From NCBI GenBank assembly GCA_964578525.1, contig CAZODG010000001.1:1-38214 (forward strand): DNA of 38,214 nt, in the 5' to 3' direction. Numbering within the stretch: the first letter of the stretch is position 1; each line of letters starts with the position of its first letter. The stretch comes from an uncultured Actinomycetota bacterium (GTDB lineage Bacteria > Actinomycetota > Humimicrobiia > Humimicrobiales > Humimicrobiaceae). The notes under the pieces are model-generated. The model saw nothing but the letters and a program-made list of their open reading frames with translations. It was not told where the DNA came from and searched no databases. Below, in pieces: positions 25,501 through 33,588 of the stretch. The translations under genes were made by a program, and so were the position numbers.

Positions 25501-26175
25501 CTAAATTTGAGGTGAGAACATATAGCCGACATTCCTGACAGTTTTTAACATCAGATTATATGGTGGGGGGATTTTGGAGCGCAGTCTTCGAATATGCACA
25601 TCTACGGTTCTGCTGCCGCCATAGAAATCATACTCCCAGACTGCAGATAAGAGTTTATTTCTGGTGAATACTTTATTCTGGTTCTGCATGAGGATTTTTA
25701 AAAGTTCAAATTCCTTGAAAGTGACCTCTACAGGTTTCAGGTCAACTGTTATTTCAAACTTATCCATATCTAATATCAAACTTCCTATTATAATGGCGTT
25801 TTTGGAAGGTAAAAGGTCCTTTTTTTGAAGGATAATCTTTATTCTTAGAAGAAACTCTTCCTCGAGCCGGTTATTAAAAATAAAATCATCGAAGCTGGTC
25901 TCGCCTTCTAACAGAAAGCTTATTTGATCCGGTTTAAGTATTACTAATCTGGCAATATTGTGTTCATCGGCTATTTCAATGATATTTTTAATAGGGATAT
26001 CGCTGCCTTCATTTTTAGAAGTAATATCCAGAATAATTATATAAATATTTTCAGGCGGGGTTTGAAGGTTATCAAATGTTTCTTCTATCTTTATATTGAA
26101 ACCTTCAGGATTTTTAATACCCATTATTTTTTTTATATTTTTTTTATTTTTTGAATATAAAAGTATTTTATTCAT
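25501..26175 (-). CDS. OmpR/PhoB-family winged-helix transcriptional regulator with atypical (pseudo-)receiver domain
   Basis: 224 aa. The C-terminus carries typical trans_reg_C motifs (LTFKEFELLKILMQNQNKVFTRNKLL...VDVHIRRLRSKI...TVRNVGYMF). The N-terminal domain lacks the acidic pair (KILLYSKNKK instead of ILIVDD) and the conserved Lys (DDFIFNN instead of DDYxxKPF), but keeps a possible Asp (IIILDITS). Confidence 0.75.
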   Translation of the reverse strand: MNKILLYSKNKKNIKKIMGIKNPEGFNIKIEETFDNLQTPPENIYIIILDITSKNEGSDIPIKNIIEIADEHNIARLVILKPDQISFLLEGETSFDDFIFNNRLEEEFLLRIKIILQKKDLLPSKNAIIIGSLILDMDKFEITVDLKPVEVTFKEFELLKILMQNQNKVFTRNKLLSAVWEYDFYGGSRTVDVHIRRLRSKIPPPYNLMLKTVRNVGYMFSPQI

Positions 26176-26387
26176 GTTTTTCTTAAATTAATATGTAAAA
26201 GAAAAATAATAAATTATAATTTTCTATATATTATGATTATAAGTTAATTTTTTCTTTTATAAAAATACAAATCTTAGATATATAATTTATTTAATGTCTT
26301 CTTATCAGGTATTAATATTACTTAATAATTTAAAAGTTTTTTGTCTGGTCGATTTATATTTTTTTCTAAACACAGTTATGATAGAAT

Positions 26388-26410
26388 GAGTATTGCGCAA
26401 GCGCTTACTC
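26388..26410. promoter_or_regulatory. Candidate LacI-family operator overlapping the regulator's own promoter
   Basis: GAGTATTGCGCAAGCGCTTACTC has inverted outer arms GAGTA/TACTC and overlapping TTGCGCAA and AAGCGCTT palindromes. It begins immediately after a TAGAAT -10-like hexamer (26382-26387) and lies 27 nt upstream of the LacI-family ATG. Confidence 0.4.
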
Positions 26411-26436
26411 TATTTTATAGACGTTAGGGGTGTGCA

Positions 26437-27447
26437 ATGGTTAATTACAATGACATAGCAAGAATAGCGAAGGTTTCTCCGACCACAGTCTCACATGTAA
26501 TAAATGAGACAAGGTTTGTAATGCCTGAGACAAAAAAAAGAGTACTTGAAGTAATGAAAAAATTAAAATATCAGCCCAACTTGCTTGCCAGGAGCCTTGC
26601 TACAGGGAAAACACAATCTATCGGTCTGGTTATTTCCGATATTAGAAACCCATTCTATCCGGAACTTGTCCAGGGAGTAGAGGAATTAGCTGTAAAGAAT
26701 GATTATAATGTATTCTTATGTAACACTGATTACGATATTGAAAAAGGTTTAAGATCAATAGGAGCTTTGGTAAAAAGGAAAATAGATGGAATAATTTTTG
26801 CCTCAAGCCAGGTAGACAGTTCTATAATAAATCAGCTCATGGATACAGACGTAAATTTTGTACTGGTTGATTGGGGCAAAAGAAATATAAGCGTGGATAG
26901 TCTTTATTTTGATTATAAAGTCGGTATAGCGGAAGCTGTCGCTCACCTGATTTCTCTTAAACATCGAAACATCCATTTTATAAGCGGCCCGAAAACGTTG
27001 AAAACAGCAAAAATAAGAACCAGGAATTTTATAGACGCAATAAAAAAACATAAAAATATCGATTTGAACTATAAAATATTCGAGGGAGACCATAAAATAG
27101 AGGGCGGTTATAGAACGGTTCAAAAAATATTAAAAGAAAAAACAATCCCCACGGCAATTGTTTGTTCAAATGATCTTACAGCTATAGGAGCAATGAAAGC
27201 TTTGGAAGCCGGTGGTATTAAAGTTCCTGATGATATGTCTATTGTTGGTTTGGACAATATATTATTAACTGAAATAATCTCACCTGCTTTGACTACTATA
27301 GAGTTAGAAAGGTACAGAATAGGTAAAACTGCAATGGAACTACTGCTTAATAGGATTAGAAACAAAAAGTTACCCAAACAGACATGTATTTTTAAGACAA
27401 AACTTATTGTAAGAGAGAGTACTGCACAGAGAAGAAAGGATAATTGA
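26437..27447 (+). CDS. LacI/GalR-family transcriptional regulator
   Basis: 336 aa with an N-terminal HTH (YNDIARIAKVSPTTVSHVINETRFV) and a periplasmic-binding-protein-like sugar-sensing core. Confidence 0.9.
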   Translation: MVNYNDIARIAKVSPTTVSHVINETRFVMPETKKRVLEVMKKLKYQPNLLARSLATGKTQSIGLVISDIRNPFYPELVQGVEELAVKNDYNVFLCNTDYDIEKGLRSIGALVKRKIDGIIFASSQVDSSIINQLMDTDVNFVLVDWGKRNISVDSLYFDYKVGIAEAVAHLISLKHRNIHFISGPKTLKTAKIRTRNFIDAIKKHKNIDLNYKIFEGDHKIEGGYRTVQKILKEKTIPTAIVCSNDLTAIGAMKALEAGGIKVPDDMSIVGLDNILLTEIISPALTTIELERYRIGKTAMELLLNRIRNKKLPKQTCIFKTKLIVRESTAQRRKDN

Positions 27448-27475
27448 TTCTAGTAAATTTATAAGGGGGTGGATT

Positions 27476-28807
27476 TTGTCCAAGTTAGTAATAATCGGAG
27501 CAGGTAGTACCGTGTTTGTAAAAAGCCTGGTAGGAGATTTGCTTCTTCTTAATAACTTGAAGCTTGATGTCGTATCCTTGGTGGACATAGATAGTAAAAA
27601 ATTAGAAATTATTCAAAAGCTTATAAATAAAGCTAAAGACCAGATTGGCAGCTCCATAAAGATAGAAGCAACAACTGATAGGAAAAAAGTGCTTGCTGGT
27701 GCTGATTATGTAGTAAGCACGGTGGACGTCGGAGGTATTGATCTATACCGGAGAGAACTGGAAATTACAGATAGATTCGGGGTAAATCAGAATGTAGCAG
27801 ATACCCTGGGGCCCGGAGGAGTATTTAAGGGACTTAGGGTGGTACCCATAATAATTGATATATGCAGGGACATTAAAGAACTATGCCCTAATGCTATACT
27901 GTTTAACTATTCCAACCCTATGTGTATAATTATGTTATCTATCTTCTATACTACTGAAATAGAGGCATATGGTTTATGTCATTCTGTACAGGGTACCGCA
28001 GATCTGCTGGCAAATTATCTGGGCGCATCAATGGATAAGGTATCTTATTTGTGTGCAGGTATTAATCATATGGCCTGGTATCTAACATACAAGGTTGACG
28101 GGATAGATGCATATCCCAAATTGAAAGCCATAGCCAAAGATAAAAGACTGATAGAAAAGCTTGCGAAAGATAATGAATATGGAGGAATAGAACTTCATGA
28201 TGACATAAGGTTTTCTATGCTCGAACATTTTGGGTACTTTATTACTGAATCTCCTTATCATCTTTCAGAGTACCTGCCTTATTTTAGGAGAAACCAAAAT
28301 ACTATAAAAAACTATAAAGTTGATACCCGTTGGCATTTAGAGCTTCTAAAGGGAAAAGATGATTATTACAGGCAAGTAAGGGAAATCGTATCCGGGGGAA
28401 AAGATATAGAGATAAAGAAATCACTTGAATATCTTCCGGATATAATCCATGCTCTGGAGACCGGTGTATATTTTAGGGCCAATATAAATGTGTTAAATAG
28501 AAACCTAATAGATAATTTACCGCAAAACTCATGCGTAGAGGTACCCTGCCTTGTGGGGAAGGATGGGATTAGACCTCTAAAAGTAGGAAATCTTCCAGAG
28601 CAGTGTGCGGCTCTGAATAGATCAAATATAGGTGTTCAAATTCTTGCGGCTAAGGCTTGCCTGGAACCAGACAAAGATAAGAAAAAAGAGCTTGCAAAAA
28701 TGGCAATAAAGCTTGATCCCCTGACAAGTGCAGTACTAACCCTGGATAAAATAGATGACATGGTGGAAGAATTGTTTAAATTGAATAGAAGTTACTTAAA
28801 AATTTAA
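27476..28807 (+). CDS. Glycoside hydrolase family 4 (NAD+/Mn2+-dependent alpha-galactosidase/alpha-glucosidase type)
   Basis: 443 aa with an N-terminal Rossmann motif (KLVIIGAGSTVF). The NYSNPM and GLCHSVQG motifs are typical of GH4. TTG start with a GGGGG SD, 28 nt after the LacI-family gene. Confidence 0.85.
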   Translation: MSKLVIIGAGSTVFVKSLVGDLLLLNNLKLDVVSLVDIDSKKLEIIQKLINKAKDQIGSSIKIEATTDRKKVLAGADYVVSTVDVGGIDLYRRELEITDRFGVNQNVADTLGPGGVFKGLRVVPIIIDICRDIKELCPNAILFNYSNPMCIIMLSIFYTTEIEAYGLCHSVQGTADLLANYLGASMDKVSYLCAGINHMAWYLTYKVDGIDAYPKLKAIAKDKRLIEKLAKDNEYGGIELHDDIRFSMLEHFGYFITESPYHLSEYLPYFRRNQNTIKNYKVDTRWHLELLKGKDDYYRQVREIVSGGKDIEIKKSLEYLPDIIHALETGVYFRANINVLNRNLIDNLPQNSCVEVPCLVGKDGIRPLKVGNLPEQCAALNRSNIGVQILAAKACLEPDKDKKKELAKMAIKLDPLTSAVLTLDKIDDMVEELFKLNRSYLKI

Positions 28808-28833
28808 ATGTCTGATGGTTGAAAGTTAAATAT

Positions 28834-29466
28834 TTATTTAAATATTTCTACAATTTCAGTAAACAGGATTCCAACTGCCATGGCACCTGCATCAGGATGA
28901 TTGAGGCTTCTTTCTCCAACATAACTGGCTCTTCCCTTGGATGCAATGATATCTTTTGTCTTTTCAGCTCCAAGAGCAGCCTCTTTTGCTGCCTTTCTCA
29001 TTGCTTCAAGTAAATCTTCCCCTGCCTCGCCGCTCTTTTTAAGAGACTCAGTCGCCGGGATCAAAGCATCAAGCAGAGTTTTATCCCCTAATTGTGCTCC
29101 TCCTCTCTTTTGGATGCCATTTACAGTATTTAGCATCAGCTCGCCAAACTCTATTAAACTTAATTCTGTTTTTTCAGCTGCATACTTGCCTGCACTTCGA
29201 AAAGCAGAACCCCAAATAGGTCCGGAAGCACCACCACAATATTCGGTAATTATCATCCCGCACGATCTCAGGAATGTACCAATGTCATCTTGAGGTAAAT
29301 TATCCCACATATCTTTTAAGTGTTTAAAGCCTTTTGCAAGGGACGTACCAAAGTCACCATCTCCAGCAGCAGAATCTAACTCACAAAAATACGCTTCTTT
29401 CTCAATGATAAGCTTTGCCATGCACTGGATTATTTTTACAATATCTGATGTCAATAACTTATTCAT
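28834..29466 (-). CDS. dhaL: Dihydroxyacetone kinase, ADP-binding subunit DhaL
   Basis: 210 aa with the LDSAAGDGDFG motif (DhaL GDGD signature), directly downstream of dhaK. Confidence 0.88.
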   Translation of the reverse strand: MNKLLTSDIVKIIQCMAKLIIEKEAYFCELDSAAGDGDFGTSLAKGFKHLKDMWDNLPQDDIGTFLRSCGMIITEYCGGASGPIWGSAFRSAGKYAAEKTELSLIEFGELMLNTVNGIQKRGGAQLGDKTLLDALIPATESLKKSGEAGEDLLEAMRKAAKEAALGAEKTKDIIASKGRASYVGERSLNHPDAGAMAVGILFTEIVEIFK

Positions 29467-29528
29467 TACTCATTCCTCCAAAAAAATGAGGCTCTTTTTT
29501 TATTGATTAATAATCAATTTAGTATTTA

Positions 29529-30539
29529 TCAGCCTAACATTTTCAGCGCAGGCGAGTCCGCCGGATCCTCCAATAACTCTTTTAATTCAGAATCTAAATT
29601 TAATATGGTCACAGAAGCACCTGCCATATCGATAGAAGTCATATAATTTCCAACCAACGTCTTATAAACTTTAATGGAATTATTGGCTAAAATTTTATTA
29701 ACTGAATTATTCAAAAGATATAATTCCATCAGGGGTGTTGCTCCAAGCCCATTAACAAGTAAGGCAACTTCTACTATCTTTTGATCCGAAAAGTCTGCAA
29801 TAATCTTTTCAAGCATTTTCTCAGCCAGTTCATTTGCTGATACTATTTTCTCGCGGGCTACCCCTGGCTCCCCGTGAATTCCAACCCCAAACTCTATTTC
29901 ATCTTCACCAATAGAAAAAGTAGGTGTTCCTTTGGCTGGAACCGTACAGGAAGTAAGTGCGAACCCAATAGTTCTAACATTTTTTATAACTTTTTCAGCG
30001 ACGGTTTTAACTTCAGAAAGTCCCATACCCCTTTCAGCTGCCGCCCCTGCAATTTTATGAACAAATATAGTTCCTGCAACACCTCGTCTGCCGGTTGTAT
30101 ACAGACTATCCTTGACAGCAACATCATCATTGACATACACGCGCTCGACATTTATATTATCATCCTCAGCCATTTCTGCTGCCCCATCAAAGTTCATAAG
30201 ATCTCCTGAGTAATTTTTTATGATTAGAAGGGTTCCCTTCTCGGACCGGGTTTGAAGAATCGCATTATAAACTTGGATGGTGGACGGTGAAGCAAATACA
30301 TCACCGCAAACGGCTGCATCAAGCAGCCCTTTCCCAACAAAGCCGGCGTGTGCCGGTTCATGCCCGCTTCCGCCTCCACTGATTAAGCTCACTTTTTGAG
30401 AATTGAGCACTTTTCTCTTAATGATCTTGTATTGAGCTATAAATTCTAATTGATCTGGATACGCTTCAACCATACCTTCACACATCTCTATTACAACATC
30501 CTCGATATTGTTAATTATTTTCTTCATGAGATCCTCCAA
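29529..30539 (-). CDS. dhaK: Dihydroxyacetone kinase, DHA-binding subunit DhaK
   Basis: 336 aa with ISGGGSGHEPAHAGFVG, the Dak1 signature. The start may be the MKKIINN Met at 30527. It overlaps the gldA end. Confidence 0.9.
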   Translation of the reverse strand: MEDLMKKIINNIEDVVIEMCEGMVEAYPDQLEFIAQYKIIKRKVLNSQKVSLISGGGSGHEPAHAGFVGKGLLDAAVCGDVFASPSTIQVYNAILQTRSEKGTLLIIKNYSGDLMNFDGAAEMAEDDNINVERVYVNDDVAVKDSLYTTGRRGVAGTIFVHKIAGAAAERGMGLSEVKTVAEKVIKNVRTIGFALTSCTVPAKGTPTFSIGEDEIEFGVGIHGEPGVAREKIVSANELAEKMLEKIIADFSDQKIVEVALLVNGLGATPLMELYLLNNSVNKILANNSIKVYKTLVGNYMTSIDMAGASVTILNLDSELKELLEDPADSPALKMLG

Positions 30540-31617
30540 GCCTGTCTGCTACAAGTATTGCTCCGAATACATCCCTGGGAGTTACCTTGAATGGCATGTT
30601 GTGTATGGTTTCACCTTCCGCACATGCTGCTTCAGCTACAGCCATAATTTTTTCCTTTGTTACTTCAACTATTCCCAAATCCTTCAGGCATGTAGGAAGT
30701 CCTACAGACTTACAATAATTAATAACCGTATCCAATTCTTCGTTAGGTGCATTTTCAAGTACCAGATGTACTATAGTACCAAATGAAACTTTTTCTCCAT
30801 GGAAGAACTTATGTGTTTCTTCAAGGACTGTAAGCCCGTTATGGATAGCATGTGCTGCTGCCAAACCGCTGCTTTCGAACCCAAGTCCGCTGAGAAGTAT
30901 ATTTGCTTCAACGATGTTCTCAAGAGCCTGAGTCACTACATTCAAATCACAAGCCGCTTTTGCTTTTAATGATTCTGCCATTAAAGTTTCATAACAAGTT
31001 TTAGCAATAGCAAAAGCTGCCTTCGTACTCTTTCCCCCTGGCATATTATTTGCATTTGATCTGATGCAGGATCTCGCTTCAAAATATGTAGAAAGAGCAT
31101 CTCCCATTCCTGCAACAAGGAATCTCGTTGGCGCATTAGCTATTATTTCTATATCAACTAAAACGATATCAGGGTTTTTATATAAGTGAAAGTATTCTTC
31201 AAATGCACCTTCTTCTGAATATATTATGGCTAATTTACTGGTAGGTGCATCTGTAGATGCGATTGTGGGAACAATAATTACAGGTTTTTTCGAAAGATAA
31301 GAAGCTGCTTTTGCTGTATCAAGTGCTTTACCACCGCCAAGACCGATAAATACGTCACACCCATTGTCAGCGCTTATACTTCTCATCCTTTCAATTTCAT
31401 TTTTTGTACACTCCTCTTTGAATTCCCCATATACGATTTCAAAGGGATTCTTTAACAGTGCTTTGTCAATATAATTCTGCACTCTCTTCTGGTCAACTTT
31501 GGAGGCTACAAGTAATGCCTTCTTCCCAAAATCCTTAACATAAATACCAAGGTTATACAGTTCACCCTCCCCCTGAATATATTTTGAAGGTGAAATTAAT
31601 ATCTTTTTCATATACAC
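30511..31617 (-). CDS. gldA: Glycerol dehydrogenase (iron-containing ADH family)
   Basis: 368 aa with GLGGGKALDTAKA, a pattern of conserved metal-binding His residues, and context with dhaKL. Confidence 0.88.
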   Translation of the reverse strand: MYMKKILISPSKYIQGEGELYNLGIYVKDFGKKALLVASKVDQKRVQNYIDKALLKNPFEIVYGEFKEECTKNEIERMRSISADNGCDVFIGLGGGKALDTAKAASYLSKKPVIIVPTIASTDAPTSKLAIIYSEEGAFEEYFHLYKNPDIVLVDIEIIANAPTRFLVAGMGDALSTYFEARSCIRSNANNMPGGKSTKAAFAIAKTCYETLMAESLKAKAACDLNVVTQALENIVEANILLSGLGFESSGLAAAHAIHNGLTVLEETHKFFHGEKVSFGTIVHLVLENAPNEELDTVINYCKSVGLPTCLKDLGIVEVTKEKIMAVAEAACAEGETIHNMPFKVTPRDVFGAILVADRLGGSHEENN

Positions 31618-31677
31618 ACTTCCTTTATAAATTATTAATTATTTGAATATCAAATCATCGGATTGCCTTAAAAAAAC

Positions 31678-31706
31678 TTGACATAAACATTTATTTTTTA
31701 TATTAT
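31678..31706 (+). promoter_or_regulatory. Candidate sigma-70 promoter (plus strand), overlapping a minus-strand TATAAT for gldA
   Basis: TTGACA (31678-31683), a 17-nt spacer, then TATTAT (31701-31706) on the plus strand. The reverse complement of 31702-31707 reads TATAAT, 85 nt upstream of gldA. Which strand is used is unresolved. Confidence 0.4.
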
Positions 31707-31717
31707 ACAATACAAGA

Positions 31718-31737
31718 AAGCACTTGCGCAAGTGCTT
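31718..31737. promoter_or_regulatory. 20-bp perfect palindrome, candidate LacI-family operator
   Basis: AAGCACTTGCGCAAGTGCTT is perfectly self-complementary with no loop. It shares the TTGCGCAAG core with the 26388-26410 site and lies 12 nt from the -10 hexamers. Confidence 0.5.
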
Positions 31738-31863
31738 GTTAAATTTATTTTTTGTTTTAGTGAATAACTGTCATCAGAATTGTTAACGTAGAAATAGTAA
31801 AATCAATAAATTTAGTTTGAATAGATATGTATTTAAAAAATTTTTTTCAAAACACCCATAGAT

Positions 31864-31935
31864 AAAGAATAATAGCAATATAAATACCTAAAGAATAATA
31901 GCAATATAAATACCTAAAGAATAATAGCAATATAA
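31864..31935. repeat. Direct tandem repeat, 26-bp unit x about 2.8
   Basis: AAAGAATAATAGCAATATAAATACCT at 31864-31889 and 31890-31915 (identical copies), then a 20-nt partial third copy at 31916-31935. Confidence 0.85.
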
Positions 31936-32160
31936 TAAGACACATCAGTTGAAAAATACTTCAAGGGGAGGTGATGGGAACCAAATTGAAGGAGATTTGT
32001 TCAGAATAACTAATATTAGTTTTAATATTAGAATTGTACTCCAAACAAATCTAAATAAAAATTTATAAGAGATGATGTAAGCAGTAAAGTATGAAGGGAG
32101 GTGATTTATAGGAGTAGTTATATGTATTTTTTATGATAGAGATTTTTGTAAAGAAAGGAT

Positions 32161-33513
32161 TTGGAAATGAAAAAATCATTATTATGGATAGTAGTGTTGT
32201 TATTGAGTATATCAATGGTTGCAGCTTTTTCACTGTATGGTTGTAAGGAAAAAGCAGCTGAAGAGGAAGTAGCAGCTGAAGAGGAAGTAGCAGCTGAGGA
32301 AGAAGTGGCTGAAGTAGTAGTTGGAGAACAGACACAGGTGGTATATAATTCGATGGCTAGTGACCCGGAACCGCGCAGAATCGACGAATTGACAGTTAGC
32401 ATGTTCGAGGAAGCTAACCCTACAATTGACGTTATCCACAGCATCGTCGCTCATGAAGACTTCAAACAGGCCATTCGTGCATATCTGGGCGCTTCAACCC
32501 CTCCGGACGTATTGACATGGTTTGGAGGCAACCGAGCACGCTTCTTCATTGACAAAGGTCTTATTATGGACATCAGTGACGTGTGGGAGAGTGCAGGCTG
32601 GAACGATTCCATGTCCGCGGGCTTTAAGGCGCTAAGTTCAGTTGATGACAAACAGTACTTCCTGCCTACGAGCTACTACTGGTGGGCAGTATATTATAAT
32701 AAAGTAGTTTTTGAACAGTATGGCCTGACACCACCCACAACCTGGGATGAGTTCTTGGCTGTGTGCGAGACGCTAAAGCAAAATGGAATCATCCCTATCA
32801 CCATCGGTAATAAGTACCAGTGGACGGCAGCAGGTTGGTTCGATTATCTGGATATGCGTATAAACGGCCCTGAGTTCCACATTAACCTGATGCTGGGTAC
32901 GGAAAAATACGACGATCCTAAGGTTAAAGCGGTCTTTGAAGCCTGGAAGGTCCTTATAGACAATGGTTACTTTGAGCCGGAGCCTACTGCGTATGCATGG
33001 TCGGAGGTTCTTCCAGATTTTATTAGCGGGAAAGCAGGTATGTACTTAATGGGTCAGTTCATTATGGATTCAATCCCAGAGGAGAATCAGGCAGACTTTG
33101 ACTTTTTCCGTTTCCCAGTTATTGATCCCAATATGCCCATCGGTGAGGATGCTCCAACAGATGGTGCCTTTATAGCAGCAAATGCTCCACATCCCGAGGA
33201 GGCAAAACTATTATTAGCCTTCCTGGGCTCAAAAGAGGTACAGGAAATCGGAGTTACAGAACTCGGCCGCTTAGCGACTAACACAGAGGTAGACACAAGC
33301 CTCTTTACCGACGTGCAGCTGAAGGGTATGGATTTGGTGAATGGTGCGGATTATGTAGCACAGTTTTACGATCGTGATACTACACCCGAAATGGCAGCGA
33401 AGGGTATGGCAGCCTTTCAGGCATTCTGGGCCGACACCAGCGAAGCCAATATTGACGCATTGCTTGCTCAGTTAGAAGCAGATAGAGCATTGATCTTTGT
33501 TCCAGAGGAATAA
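32161..33513 (+). CDS. Sugar ABC transporter substrate-binding lipoprotein (CUT1 family)
   Basis: 450 aa with a signal peptide and lipobox (AAFSLYGC), an AAEEEV x3 linker, and a family-1 SBP body. The likely start is the ATG at 32167 (MKKSLLWIV). Two permease genes follow. Confidence 0.85.
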   Translation: MEMKKSLLWIVVLLLSISMVAAFSLYGCKEKAAEEEVAAEEEVAAEEEVAEVVVGEQTQVVYNSMASDPEPRRIDELTVSMFEEANPTIDVIHSIVAHEDFKQAIRAYLGASTPPDVLTWFGGNRARFFIDKGLIMDISDVWESAGWNDSMSAGFKALSSVDDKQYFLPTSYYWWAVYYNKVVFEQYGLTPPTTWDEFLAVCETLKQNGIIPITIGNKYQWTAAGWFDYLDMRINGPEFHINLMLGTEKYDDPKVKAVFEAWKVLIDNGYFEPEPTAYAWSEVLPDFISGKAGMYLMGQFIMDSIPEENQADFDFFRFPVIDPNMPIGEDAPTDGAFIAANAPHPEEAKLLLAFLGSKEVQEIGVTELGRLATNTEVDTSLFTDVQLKGMDLVNGADYVAQFYDRDTTPEMAAKGMAAFQAFWADTSEANIDALLAQLEADRALIFVPEE

Positions 33514-33540
33514 TAATTAAGCATGCAATTATAGTATAAA

Positions 33541-33571
33541 ATATGGGTAGCCGCCCGGAGGCTACCCATAT
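33541..33571 (+). other. Strong intercistronic hairpin after the binding-protein gene
   Basis: ATATGGGTAGCC and GGCTACCCATAT form a 12-bp perfect stem around a 7-nt loop, with no T-run. This position is typical of mRNA-stabilising or attenuating hairpins downstream of SBP genes. Confidence 0.5.
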
Positions 33572-33588
33572 TTAGAAATGAGTGATTT

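Noticed and set aside
28808-28833. AT-only inverted repeat (AAATATTTATTTAAATATTT) between the convergent GH4 and dhaL genes as a terminator
   Set aside because: The stem would be entirely A-T pairs with negligible stability. This is too weak to call.
31864-31935. Possible CRISPR array
   Set aside because: The 26-bp units are directly adjacent with no spacers. There are only about 2.8 copies, they are extremely AT-rich and non-palindromic, and no cas genes are in the window.
32063-32454. Three minus-strand ORFs (32063-32335, 32118-32444, 32230-32454) with repetitive Leu/Gln or Ser/Ala/Thr tracts
   Set aside because: They read the reverse complement of the AAEEEV-encoding 18-nt tandem repeat and the SBP 5' region. 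The plus-strand SBP frame is far better supported.
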